A DNA stretch of 64,000 nt from Lama guanicoe (GCA_013239625.1 MU054204.1:24879-88878); one strand, 5' to 3'; counted from the first letter of the stretch, positions 11,685 to 24,544 are shown. The notes: generated from the sequence alone by a model not told the origin. A program made the numbers and translations.

Positions 11685-12610
11685 TTTTAATGACAGCCAT
11701 TCTGACTGGTGTGAGGTGATACCTCATTGTAGTTTTGATTTACATTTCTCTGATAATTAGTGACATTGAGTAGTTTTTCATGTGCCTATTGATCATTTGT
11801 ATGTCTTCCTTGGAGAATTGCTTGTTTAGGTCTTCTGCCCATTTTTAGATTGGCTTCTTTGTTTTCTTCTTATTAAGTCATATGACCTGTTTTTATAGTC
11901 TGGAAATCAAACCCTTGTCAGTTTCATCTTTTGCAAATATTTTCTCCCATTCCGTAGATTGTCATTTTGTTTTGCTTATGGTTTCCTTTGCTGTGCAGAA
12001 GCTTGTAAGTTTCATTAGGTCCCATTTGTTTATTTTTGCTTTTATTTCTATTGCTTGGATGTACTGCCCTAGGAGAACATTGCTGAGATTTATGTGAGAT
12101 AATGTTTTGCCTATGCTTTCTTCTAGGAGGTTTATTGTGTCTTGTCTTATGTTTAAGTCTTTAATCCATTTTGAGTTGATTTTTGTATATGGTGTAAGGG
12201 TGTCTTCTAGCTTCATTGTTTTACATGCTGCTGTCCAGTTTTCCCAACACCATTTTCTGAAGAGACTGTCTTTATTCCATTGTATATTCTTGCCTCCTTT
12301 GTCGAAGATGAGTTGACCAAAGGTTTGTGGGTTCATTTCTGGGCTCTCTATTCTGTTCCATTGGTCTGTATGTCTGTTTTGGTACCAATACCATGCTGTC
12401 TTGATGACTGTAGCTCTATAGTATTGTCTGAAGTCTGGGAGAGTTATTCCTCCAGCCTCTTTCTTTCTCTTCAGTAATGCTTTGGCAATTCTAGGTCTTT
12501 TGTGGTACCACATAAATTTTATTATGATTTGTTCTAGTTCTGTGAAATATGTTCTGGGTAATTTGATAGAGAGTGCGTTAAATCTGTAGATTGACTTGGG
12601 CAGTATGGCC
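11685..12610 (-). mobile_element. Young L1 ORF2 internal fragment (no 3' end)
   Basis: ORF 11962..12612 ([13 protein letters not shown]...[23 protein letters not shown]) is typical of L1 ORF2. Confidence 0.95.
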
Positions 12611-12789
12611 AATAAATATAATTAATATTGGTGTATGTTATATATGAAAGTTGTTGAGAGTAAATCCTAAGAGTTCTCATCACAAGGAAAGAAAATAATA
12701 AACTCTAAGCCTCCATCCAAAGAAAAAAAAAGCTTGACTGTAGTATTTGCCTATTTCCCCTACCATGGCTAATTTCAAATTTTCAAAGT

Positions 12790-15700
12790 GATGTCACTGA
12801 ATCAGACTGGAGGAAAAATGTGAAATATAACACTATAATACAATATTCACACCATACAAACACAAAGGCATGAGTACTCTCAAGAGCATAATGTAAAGAT
12901 ATAAATAAATACAAATCTAAACTTTTATATGCCTTAGTAGCTTCAAAATACATGAAGTGAGAACTCATAGAACTAAAAAGAGAAATAGAAAAGTCTAATT
13001 TATAGCAATCCCTCAATAAAACAAGTAGACAGAAAATTGGTGACAGTATATACAAGTCATCACAGAATATTAGCCAATATGTACAATTTTGGCCCCCCAA
13101 AATTCCAAATAAATTTTAATGTATTCAAATGATACAAAGTATGTTTTAAGGACACAATGGAAATAAGGTAGAAAATAATAAGAGAAAGATAACAGGAAAA
13201 CACTCAAATATTTGATAACTAAATAACACAGTTCTACATAACCCATGGGCCAAAGGAAAAACAAAGACACTGGAAAGTGTTTTGAATTGAATTAAAATGA
13301 AAATACAACCCATGAACATTTGTGGGATAAATCTATGGCAGTACTTAAAAGGGAATTATGGCTCTAACTAATATTAGAAAATAGGAAAGATCATAAAACG
13401 AAGATATAAGCTGCCAGTTTAAAAAAATATAAGAAGAAGAGCAAATTAAACCCAAATCAGATGGTAAGCAGGAGGCAAGAAGAAAGGAAATTTAAAAACT
13501 AATGAAAAACAATTAATGAAACCAACAACTGGTTATTTAAGAAGCGAAATCAAAGTTCAGACTCATCAAATTGTACACGCTGAATATGTACAGCTCTCTG
13601 TATATCAATTATATGTCCATAAAACTTCTCCAAAAAGGAAAGATAAACCACTAGTCAAAGTGATCAAGAGAAAGAGAGAGAAAACACCCATTACCATTAT
13701 CAGGGATGAAAAGGGGACATTGCTATAAATTCTACAGATATTAAAGTCACAAGAAGGGAATATTATAACCAATTCATTGCAATAAGTCTGACACTGGAAG
13801 AAATGAACAAATAACTCAAAAGAAACAAACTACCAATGCTCATTCAAGAAGAAATAGGTAGCTTGGATGGCCTTATATTTATTGAAGAGATTATATTTAT
13901 AGTTGTAAAACTTCCCACATAGGAAACCCCAAGCCCAGGTGGTGTCACTTCTGAATTCTACTAAACATTTAAGGATGAAATAATATCAATTCTATGCATA
14001 ATTTCCAGAAACTTGAAGAGATATAAAAACTTCCCAATTCAATCAGTAATAAAAGCATTACTTGGAAACCAAAGACACACGAAGGTAATACATGCAAAGA
14101 AAACTACAGAGTAATATCCCTTGTGAACATAAATGCAAAAATTCTACAAATACATTTAGCAAGTCAAATCCAGAAAAATGTATGTAAGAACTGTACTCTG
14201 ACAAAATACAAAACATTGATGAGAGAAATTAAGGGAAACTTAAATAAATAGAGGCATATACCATAATCATATATTACAAGATGCAATGTTGCTGAGATAA
14301 CAAATCTCCACAAATTGATCTATATACTCAGTGCTATCACAATCAAAATTTCAGCAGGCAGTATTCTAGACATTAACAAATTAGTTTTAAAATACATATG
14401 GGAATGAAGAGGACGTAGACTAGCCAATAAACCTTAAAAAAAGAATCAAGTTGGAATACTTATAGTACCTTATTTCAAGACTTATTATAGAGCTACAGTA
14501 CCAGGACAGTGAGGTATTTGCATGAAGATGGGTAAATAGATCCATGGAACAGAACAGATTCAGAAATAGGCCTAAACATTTATATGGAAAACTTATTTTC
14601 AGCAAATGTGAAAAGACAATTCAACGGAGAAAAGACAGTCTTTTCCACAAATAGTGCTGGAACATTTGGATACCCACATGCAAAAACAAAAAACAAAACA
14701 AAACAAAAAAAACTTGAAATCAGAACTCACAAGATATAGAAAAAATAACTCAAAGTGTATCACAAACCTAACATTGAAACATAAAACTATAAAATTTTTA
14801 GAACATCCAAGAAAACAGGAGAAAATCTTTGTCAACTTGGGTTAGGTAACAATTACTTAGCTACAAAAGCGAAGTAGGATCCATAAAAGAACAATTTGGC
14901 AAACACTACTTCAATTTTTTAAAACTTCTGCTTTTAAAAAGATATTTTTTACAGAATGAGAGGAAAAACTAGACCCGGAGGAAAGCTTTGCCAAACATTT
15001 ATCTGCCAAAGGACTTGTATTCACAATACATAACAAATTCTCAAAACAATAGCGAGCAAACAAACAACTCAATATAAAATAGGCAAAAGGTTTGAACAGA
15101 CACTTCACCATGCAAGATATACTGATGGCAAATTACCACATGAAAAGATGCTCAATATCATTAATCACTAGGGAAATGCAAATTAACACACAAGATACCA
15201 CTACACGTCAATTAAAATGGCTAAAATTAATAATGCTGGCCATACTAAGTGTCAATTAGATTGTGAGAAAACTGGAAAACATGCACACTACTGGTGGAAA
15301 CATAAAATGTAAAAATTTTAAATGGTACAACCAATTTGAAAAACTGGCAGATTCTTAAGAAATTAATTATAATCTCAGCCTGTTACCCAGCCATTCCCAT
15401 CTTAGGTAACTACCCACAAGCAAAACTATGTCTATAAAAAGACTTTTTGTCAAATATATCCAGCAGCAGTATTTGAATAGATAAAATCTGAAAACAACCC
15501 AAATAAGAACACCTGAACAAATTGTGGTATATTATACAATGGCTTACTACTTGGGAGTAAAAGGGAATGAGCTTTTAATATAAAACCATGGATTAATTTC
15601 AAAATGATTATTCTGGTGAAAGAAGCCAGATCAAAGAATGCATATCACATTGTTCCACTTATTTTTTTTTAAATGTCAAAACTTCAAACGGATCTATAGT

Positions 15701-15900
15701 AACAGAAAGCTGATAGGTAGTTGCAGATGGGGGAGTAGGGAGGAGAGTGGATTACAGAATTAAACAATGTGAGTGTATTCCTTGTTTTGATCTTGCTGAT
15801 GGTTTTTCGGGTGTATACATGTCAGAATTCTTCAAATTGTAGGCTTTAAATACAGTTTATTGTATGTCAACTATACTTCAATATAGCTGTTTAAAATAAT
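12790..15900 (+). mobile_element. Old, degenerate L1 (L1M-type) ORF2 and 3' UTR
   Basis: A-rich decayed ORF2 motifs (caagaagaaatag, cccaggtggtgtcacttctgaattctac, gggaaatgcaaattaa) ending in an L1M-type 3' UTR. Confidence 0.8.
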
Positions 15901-16160
15901 CTAGGTAGTGGTTATTTTGGTTTCTATTAGTTTATTCTCTCCATCTTTCATAATAAAAAGCTTAATATGCCATTATTTTAAAATTCATTATTCATAGTAT
16001 TACAATTAGTATTTTATCCGGAGTAAGTTTCCTTCTTTAATTACATCCCTCACACCTAAACCCGTCTCTGCCGGATATGAGGTCCAGACTATTTTTCCTA
16101 GCCTCTCTACGAAACTCGATACTAGAGGGAGGTCCTCCATGGCCTACCCAGCCTCCTTAC

Positions 16161-16221
16161 CTTCAACCTGCTTAGTCAAGTCCACTGCTTCTGGAGGCCC
16201 CAGTTTGGTCATTCCTGACAT
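16161..16221 (-). CDS. SYCE1-like first coding exon: MSGMTKLGPPEAVDLTKQVE(G)
   Basis: ATG at 16221-16219, 61 nt, phase-1 end with strong donor G|gtaagg; length and phase resemble SYCE1L exon 1 (MAGKLKPLNVEAPEATEEAEG), but similarity is weak. Confidence 0.6.
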
Positions 16222-17334
16222 TCCTGCTATGATCCCAGGTTTTTTTCCTGAGGATCCTCTAGCGCCTTTCCTTCCCCTCAGCTGATAAGTGGACCAATAC
16301 CATGCAAGGGGTGAGTGCTCTGAAATCCAAGTCTGTGCAGTGTACTTCCAGGCCATTGTTAATACCAGAAGCCCAGGAGTCAGTGGTCTAGGCACGGGCA
16401 GGATATCTGGCGTGAGGAAGAGGGAGAGGAAGAGAGTGCCAGGTGTAGATGCTTGTAGTTTGGGACAGCTTAAGCACAAGATTCTCTTTTAAAATCGCCT
16501 CAGGCAGGCTGTGGGCAATGGTCTCTTTCACGTCTGAGAACCACAGCCCCCCAAGCAGGCACTCTATTCCAAAGAGAATACCCTTTCATCCAGAACTGCC
16601 AACCGACTGCCTGTGGGACTTTAGCAGGCCATGGATAGTTTAGGCTAGTAATCTACTCAGGAGGCAGATCTCTGATGCAGGGTCCCAGCATAGGCTGTCC
16701 AAGAGACATGATGCAGCCCCTGCCAGAGAGTAGAACATGACTTGGTATGGGGTGGTGAAGTTGGAGGAAAGTGGGGACAAGATTTTACCAGAGGCAGAAG
16801 GAATTCTCTCTGGGGGACTTGCGAGCACCTCAGATGGTGTACAGTCATGCTGAGTCCTTCCCCACATTGTGTCCAGACCCTCAGAAACTGCCCTTGTAAG
16901 TGCTTCTCTCTCCCCATAGGATGCAGATATAAAAGGTCAAAGCTGAGGCTAGCCCCTCTCCAGCTTCCTTCATATAGTTTCATTATTCAGAGATATATAC
17001 ATAAGTCATTACAGTGGGTCACTCCTGCAAAAGCCAAGTGGAGACACATAGACCCTATTGTGTCTTCACTCAGATACTATTTGTTTAGCAATTATGGTGT
17101 ATAAGGCCAGTTCTAAGAGGTTGACCTACCCTGGTTGTCCTCATCCATAATATGTGTATAATACCAAATAAGTGAAAATGTGTAAGATACAATGTTACTC
17201 AAAGAGAAAAATAGTCTCAAAATAAGTTGTTTCCTTCTCTTCTGTTTTCTAGAAGGCATTGTGTAAAATTGGTGTTAATTATTTTCTGAATGTTTGGTAG
17301 ATTCTTCAGCGAAAGCAGCTGAGCCTGGAGATTT

Positions 17335-17641
17335 CTTTTTTTTATAATTTTTTATTTTTATTTTTTTCTTCTAGTTTTATTGAAATATAATTAATAATAA
17401 ACTGTATATGTTTAAGATGTACAGCATAATGATTTGACTTATATACTTCGTGAAATGATTACTACAGTAAGCTTAGTGAACATCCATCTCATACAGATAC
17501 AACATAAAAGAAAAAGAAAAATATTTCCTTGTGATGAGAACTCTGAGGATTTACTCTTAACAATGTTCATATATAACATACAACACTGTTAATTTATCAT
17601 GATGTACATTACATCCCTAGTACTTATTTACCTTATAACTG
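17335..17641 (-). mobile_element. L1 3' UTR fragment with poly(A), fused to U6
   Basis: Poly-T at 17335-17370, then L1 3' UTR similar to the copy at 23650-24170. Confidence 0.85.
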
Positions 17642-17741
17642 AAAAATATGGAACGTTTCACAAATCTGTATGTTATCCCTGGCAGGGACCATGCTAATCT
17701 TCTCTGTATCATTCTAAGTTGAGTGCTGCTGAAGTTAGAAC
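17642..17741 (-). pseudogene. RNU6: Near full-length U6 snRNA retropseudogene (U6/L1 chimera)
   Basis: Reverse complement matches U6, including GATACAGAGAAGATTAGCATGG and the CGTTCCATATTTTT 3' end; a small deletion and CpG-type changes. Confidence 0.93.
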
Positions 17742-17859
17742 TGCTTATCTTCTTTTTATTTGGTTGTCAGAGTTGTTTATATGTTCCAATTACAAGTCAT
17801 TTGTTGGGCATATGTTTTGCAAGTATCTTTTGCCAGGCTGTGACTCATCTCTTCATTTT

Positions 17860-18262
17860 CTTTTTTTTAATTTAAAAAAATTTTTTTAAAAATTTATTTT
17901 TATTGATTTATAATCATTTTACAACATTGTGTCAAATTCCAGTGTTCAGCACAATTTTTCAGTTATACATGAACATACATATATTCATTGTCACATTTTT
18001 TTCTCTGTGAGCTACCATAAGATTTTGTGTATATTTCCCTTGCTATACAGTATAATCTTGTTTATCTATTCTACAGTTTTGAAATCCCGTCTATCCCTTC
18101 CCACCCTCTGCCCCCTTGGCAACCACAAGTTTGTATTCTATGTCTATGAGTCTATTTCTGTTTTGTATTTATGCTTTGTTTTTTGTTTTTGTTTTTGTTT
18201 TTTAGATTCCACATATGAGCGATCTCATATGGTATTTTTCTTTCTCTTTCTGGTTTACTTCA
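17860..18262 (-). mobile_element. Young L1 3' end
   Basis: Reverse complement of the shared young L1 3' UTR. Confidence 0.9.
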
Positions 18263-19099
18263 ACAGCTAATGTATGAAGATAATTTATGGATTTTTGACT
18301 ATTGCAAGTATATAAAACAACACTTGATATTTGTATGATGATATAGAAGTCTTCTTATGTTGTTTAATTTCCTTATTAGCTCTAAAAGTTTATTGGTGGC
18401 TTCCTTTGGATCACCGTGGTAGAAAACAAATTCATATCTTCTATATAGAGATTTATTAATTGCTAAGATTTCCAGTACTAATGAATGGTAATGGAAGTTG
18501 TGGCCATAATTATTTGGATATTAAGTATAGTGATTTGTATATTTTTTGATACATTCAGTTCTTATATAGTTAAGAATATTCTCTTCCAAGAGTTGTTTAT
18601 CAATAATAAATATTCAAAGTTCTGTAACTACTGAGTTTGTTACCCACACTGTTTCCATTTTCTCACCTCCTAATCCTCTTCAGTCCACTACAAAATAAGT
18701 TTTAGCTTCAGCATGCCACTGAAACTGTACTTACCAAAAGTCCTTATTGGCTTCCATGTTGTTAAATCAACTGGACACCTTATAGGGCCAAGCTTTGCTT
18801 TGTCCATCGCAGCTGTATCAATCACACCCTCCTTCTGGAAATATTCGGTTGCTTGATTTCCAAACACCTAGATGTAATTCTACTTCTTACCAATATTTCT
18901 CCTTTTATTTTATAGCTTCACTTGCCCTAACCAACATTTGATTGTGGAAAATAGATCTGACTCCTCTTCTCTCTTCAGTTTGCACTCCCTGGATGATTCA
19001 AGAACTCCCATGTTTTCTATTACTAATTAAACATATGTCTATCAAATTACATTCTGCACTCAGTACTCCTACCGTATCCTATTCAGATGTTATGATGAG

Positions 19100-22000
19100 C
19101 TGGATCCTACACTGGTTGATTAAATGCTCTATTAAGCTCAGTAAGTGCTATTACATGCTGGCTAAAGCCCTTAGGGAAGGAAAGTTAAGCCCATTTGCAT
19201 ATATATTTTTTCATAGGAGACTGAACTACTGGCCCTTCCAGGATGGAAGGGAACCTGATGTAACCAATTTGCCACCAAATGACCAGTTGGTTTCCTTGAA
19301 GAACAGTGCTGTATTGGGGGTTTGACATTGGAGTCTTACTGTCCAGTTGGATATTCAGAGGTGACGGTAGCTAGATTTAGCACTGATAGATAAAAGGCCA
19401 TTGATAGCCTCCATCCCTTCTACTATGGCCACTTCATTTTTATGCCCATCGTGCAGGCACTGGGATGGTTGATGAAAGAGGCTAGCTGATGACTTTTATC
19501 TACTTAGTTGTTTAGTGACTCTTTAATTGTGGATGCTCTGTGGTTGGTGTTAACCTGTGATACCAAGAACTTTACATTTCATGAACATTCCCCTATATCC
19601 ATCCACATTTCTCAAGCCCCAGAATTCCTTGTCACCAATCTTCCAATCATTTTCTTTTCAGACCTCTGACCAGCTAACTGGAACATTCACCACTGTCATG
19701 TGTCAATATATTCTAATCTCAGGCCACTTCTCTTTCCACACAAAGTGAGTGGTCAGGTATACTCTCTGAAGCTCTGCCCATTGGTTGGATTTTACCTCTC
19801 CTCTTTCTTCTTAGGACACTCTTGAAAGTGACTGTCATGCACCTCCCATCCATTTTCAGTGTGCACTCATATACCACATACTAATCCAACCCATCCATAA
19901 ACAAAGCTCAGGATTGTGCCTCCTTCTTCAGCTGTTGATACAGGGCTGTCCATGTGACCATAGATGTGAGCTGAGGAAGGAGCACTGGTGCAAGAATGGT
20001 GAAACGAGGTCACCTGCTCATAAAGCATGCTCAGGCCCTCTGGTCTTGCTTAGGGTCAATCCTAGACATACCATTTATAATTAATGACACATTGCTTCCA
20101 GGCCTTCCTGACCTTAAGACTTAGTGATTCTAATAAAACCAAGCTAGTGATGGGCAGTTCTAACCACATGGTCACTTGGTGGCCCGTGGTAAGGTCTTTC
20201 ATCTCTAACAGGGCCCAGTAACACACCATGAGTTGTTTCTTAAAAGGCAAGTAATTCTCTGTTGCCAGTAGCATGGCCCTAATTCAGAATCCCAGGGACC
20301 TTCCCTGTGGTTCTCCGCTTGAGCTTGCCATAAGCTTCACAATTCATATTTTCCCGCTGCTGACACCTCAGACACCATAAAGTCTGCTGAATCATATGGC
20401 CCAAATAGTAGCAGGACTGCTTGCACTACAACATGGTCTTGCTTCATAACAGGAGACTTATCTAATAAGCAGCTTTGCTTCATATCCCCTTTTGGGTTAT
20501 CAGAGACTTAGTTCTCCATTACGGTCTGAAGACTTCCTTCGGTCAATCTGCTTTCACAAGTGCACCCTCCCATAAATCTTCTGCACTTCTAATCCCATTT
20601 CAATATTTGCTTCTTGAAGAACTCAGCTGACACTAATATTGTTGTCCTTTCCATGTGGCTACAATTTTTTCTGATTTTCTTTTCTGATTGAAACATAAAA
20701 GAATATTTTTTTACCACATCAGTGGCTGCATGCCATGTACACATTCATCTGCTCTAGCAATGACACCATGTCCAACAAGATGGCTGTTATCCAGGTTATG
20801 ACATGATTGAGTTTGCAGTAGTCTACAATCATCCTCCAGGATCCATCTGGTTTTGTAGTGGACAGCCTGGTGAATTAAATAAAAATGTGATAGGATTCAT
20901 CACCCCTACATCCTTTAGAGTCTTAAGGACTTCACATTCTCTACTATTTCCCAGAGATGTGATAATATTTGATTTACTGTCCTGATTAGGGTTAAGGGAG
21001 CAGTTTCAAAAGCTTACATTTGGCCTTCCACATAGATAAGAACCCAATGTAGAGCTTATGACAACTACCAAGTATGTCTATCACAATTTTACATTTGAGA
21101 TCTGGGAGATTACCACCATGTGAATCTTCAGATCCAAGTACCCACTGAAACTAGACCTTGGCTAGTATTCCATTTATTACCTGGTTCCTGTATACCCCAC
21201 TCTAACTGTGGGGCCACAATGACACTACAGACCTCTCGGTATTAATGTCAAGACAGACTCTGTGTCCGATAATCCTTAAAATATCTGACTATTCCTCTTT
21301 CCTCAGTGAACAGGTATCTAAGGAAATGACCATAGGTCCCTTTGAGGAAGGACCCGAAGAGTCCTTACTGTATATACTTGACATGTTGTTGTAGAGATTT
21401 GATTTCCTCTTTAGTCAGTGTGTTAAAGGGTCTAAAAACTTACTTAGGTCTAGAGATTGGGCAAGTGTTGCCTTTTTTATTTGACTGACTGCCATAGCCT
21501 CCTGGTTACCCATACTTGGTTTATTCTGCTGGCAAAAGCTGAGTAGTAGTCTTGTCAATTTTCCATCTATTTTTCCATAGAGACATCATGTTCTTTTAAT
21601 CATCTCTGTAACTCTTTACATGTTAGAGCCCCCTAGATGCCTTTGTGACCTTGACTATTATTATTGTAATGTGAACCCTTGGCTTCTAGTGGCTAAGAGC
21701 TGCCACCTTGCCTCTGTTGTTTCAGGGTCTTATACTTCCAATGTTATCCACAAGCCAAGCTCTTTAACAGAATTTCCTACATTCATCTAAATCCTACAGA
21801 GGAGAGTCAATATTGAACTTATTAGTGATTCCAGTACCTCTCTCAGCAGTGTATTCTTTATGGCCTCAGTAAATGGTGTGTGCTCTGTACTTTTGCGTGG
21901 AATGTAATCATCGGGAGGGGCTTCTGTTCACACATAGTATATCTAAACCAGCATGTCCATTTCCCTGAGCCCTTTAATCCCTTCCTTCATTATATCCCAC

Positions 22001-22855
22001 AACAATTCTGGCATTTCAGTTTCATTAGTGTGAGTCATTATGTTTTTTATGCTTCCAGGAGCCATTCTATTAATGAGCTTGCACCATCTACTGGTGTCAT
22101 TACCAGTAAGTCTTGTATTATAGGAGAACACTCTCAAGTCAACAAACTCTTGCTTATATAGTTTTAAGTTATGTCCTATTCATACTCCCGCAACTCTTTT
22201 CAGTATATACAAGCTAGGTTTTGCAGTCCCTTTTGGAGTATATTCCCTTTCCTTCATAGTAAATTAGATTATGCCCCAGATCGGTTATCCTATGACTTAA
22301 GTTGTAAGTCTAGTGATCAGGAGCGGAGGTGTCTATCCCATGGGTCAGAGTCCCTGTTCTGCCTTAATTGGAGTTTTACTATCTTTGAGGTTCAGCCAAT
22401 CTGACTATTAAGTCCTGGGCTTGTTCTACTTAGCTTTCTCTACCCGTCACTACAAAACACGAGAGTTTCTTTGTGTTACACCAAAGATGCCTTCTGATTT
22501 TTACATTTGGCTTTAAATTGCCTGTTACTCACTCTCAACTGTTCATTATCTTTCTGATGATTATCAATGGTGCTTACCAATAGCCACCTAATGCCTTTAT
22601 CTTTAAAATTACTATTTTATACATAAGTCTCAAACAACTAATATGCCTGCTACTACCTTCTTTTTCATTGGTATACACTCTTAGTTTACTACCAATGACA
22701 GTTTTAATAACTGGATCACTACCTTTTCCCAGAAGCTAGTTGTGCTCCACCTATCATCAGTGATGAGGTTTTCATTGCAAGCTAGGCTGTGAGTGATCCA
22801 GCTCCAAATTTTATCTTATCACTTGCTTTATCAGAGCACTCTGCTTCTAGTTCCA
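19100..22855 (-). mobile_element. ERVL (HERV16/ERV3-16-like) internal gag-pol relic
   Basis: ORF 20062..20274 (NYLPFKKQLMVCYWALLEMKDLTTGHQVTMWLELPI) resembles ERVL pol RNaseH; ORF 21943..22137 (MPELLWDIMKEGIKGLREM) resembles ERVL gag. Confidence 0.85.
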
Positions 22856-23275
22856 ATAGCCACAGATTACTATAAACAGATTGAGATTGCATTGGAGATG
22901 CAAGATGTTTATCATAGAACATTCCCTCTGAAGGTAAAGGAAAGGAAGTAGGATTGGGCAGAGGGGTGTTAAACTGTGGTGCAGTTTCAACAAAGCCTTG
23001 GCCAACCCATCAGGGACCCCTGGGGCAAATATTGCCCATCAGAGTGCCCCCTGTTGGACCCGAATAGCCAGACCTTTATACCTCTGTCTGTCTCAGTCAT
23101 CAGATGCAGGCTACCAGAAGAAGGGTGTGATCTCAGGCATGGTGACCTTCTGTAGCTGAGCCAGACTTTGAAGGAAAAGATAGGTGGGGGCTGTCTACTA
23201 ACAACACTCCCTGTGACTGGGCATCAAGTCCTTCACTGAAAGGGGATCTGGGATGCACATCTCCGCATCTACCAC
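22856..23275 (-). mobile_element. LTR16-like 5' LTR of the ERVL element
   Basis: ggaagtaggattgggcagaggg...cttcactgaaaggggatctggg; adjoins the gag end of the internal region and resembles the inverted copy at 57.5 kb. Confidence 0.7.
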
Positions 23276-23649
23276 ATCAAGTCTTATCAGCTATGCTTCC
23301 AAAAATTGCCCCTGTCCACTTCTTTACACCTCCCTTATCACCACCCTTGCTGAGGTCACCATCATCTGTCTCCTGAATGATTACTACAATACTCTTAAAG
23401 CTGGCCTTCTTGAATCCATTTCTGCATCCCATCAATCCATTCTCCACACAGAAGCTAGAGTGATCCTCCAACAATATGAATCTAACCATGGCATTCCTGT
23501 GCCTATCCACTGATCTCAGGATGAAGTCTCAAACTCTTGATGTGTCCAATATGGTTTTGAAGGATCATATCTGACCTATCTCTCTCATGTTATCTATCAC
23601 CACTCTCCGTCCTATTACTATATTTTAATCATACTGGACTTAACTGATT

Positions 23650-24170
23650 TTTTTCCTTCCAGTTTTATTGAGCTATACTTGATATACAGCACTGTGTAAG
23701 TTTAAGGTGTATGGGATAATGATTTGACTTACATACATCATGAAGTCATTATCACAATAAGTTTAGTGAACATCCGTTATCTCATATAGGACAAAATTAA
23801 AATAGAAAAGAAAAAATTTCTTGGGATGAGAACTCTTATGATTTACTCTTTTGACAACTTTCATATAGAACATACAGCAGTGTTAATTATATTTATCATG
23901 TTGTACACTACATCCCTAGTACTTACTTATTTTATAACTAGAAGTTTGTACCTGTGGACTACCTTCATCCAATTTCCTGTAATCACAAATCTGATCTCTT
24001 TTTCTATGAGTTTGTTTGTTTGTTTTTGAAATATAATTGTCCTAAAGTGAATCAGTATTTCTATACATTTCAAACTGACCACCATGATATGTCACCATAG
24101 AAAGATATTACATAGTTATTGACTATATTCCCCACACTGTACATTTCATACCCATGAAATTTTATTCTAG
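23650..24170 (-). mobile_element. Older L1 3' UTR fragment
   Basis: ccagttttattgag...gatgagaactcttatgatttactct. Confidence 0.8.
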
Positions 24171-24544
24171 TTCCAAAAGGCTCAGGTCCTTCCTGTCTCA
24201 AAGCCGTCCAAAGAACTATACTGTCAGTTTGTGGGGCACCTGCCGACTTCTTTCCCTGCTCTACTTTGCCTGACTCTCATGTTCACTTTTCCACTTTCAG
24301 TTTAATTGCCACTGACTCAACAAGTTCTCCCTGATCCTCCTACACTAGGTCAAAACCTTGTGATAGTCTTTCATAGTTCCCTCTCCTTTTACCGGGTATG
24401 TTAATGTCAGTTTTAACAGTCTCTATGACTAGTTTAATGTCTACTTTCCCAGATAGACTTAAAGCTCAATGAGGGCAGAGACATGGTCTGCTTTGTTTAC
24501 TTCTAAGTCCACAAGCTTACTCTTACTAAAATATATTTGCTTCA

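Larger units (their letters stand above)
5054..16221 (-). pseudogene. Unprocessed (intron-containing) SYCE1/SYCE1L-family paralogue; probable pseudogene or truncated gene
   Basis: Eight GT-AG-type exons in SYCE1 order and phase, with peptides resembling recalled SYCE1/SYCE1L (EELREAHVLWETKQKELDS, LEEVLRKKQE, KESEAQR, QLSEEENRKAKEFLEAASKQHQQLQRKCQR). Lesions are a stop, frameshifts, a mutated acceptor and missing exons. Confidence 0.88.

Noticed and set aside
17642..17741. Functional U6 snRNA gene
   Set aside because: Multiple substitutions, a deletion, no evident PSE/TATA promoter, and fusion to L1
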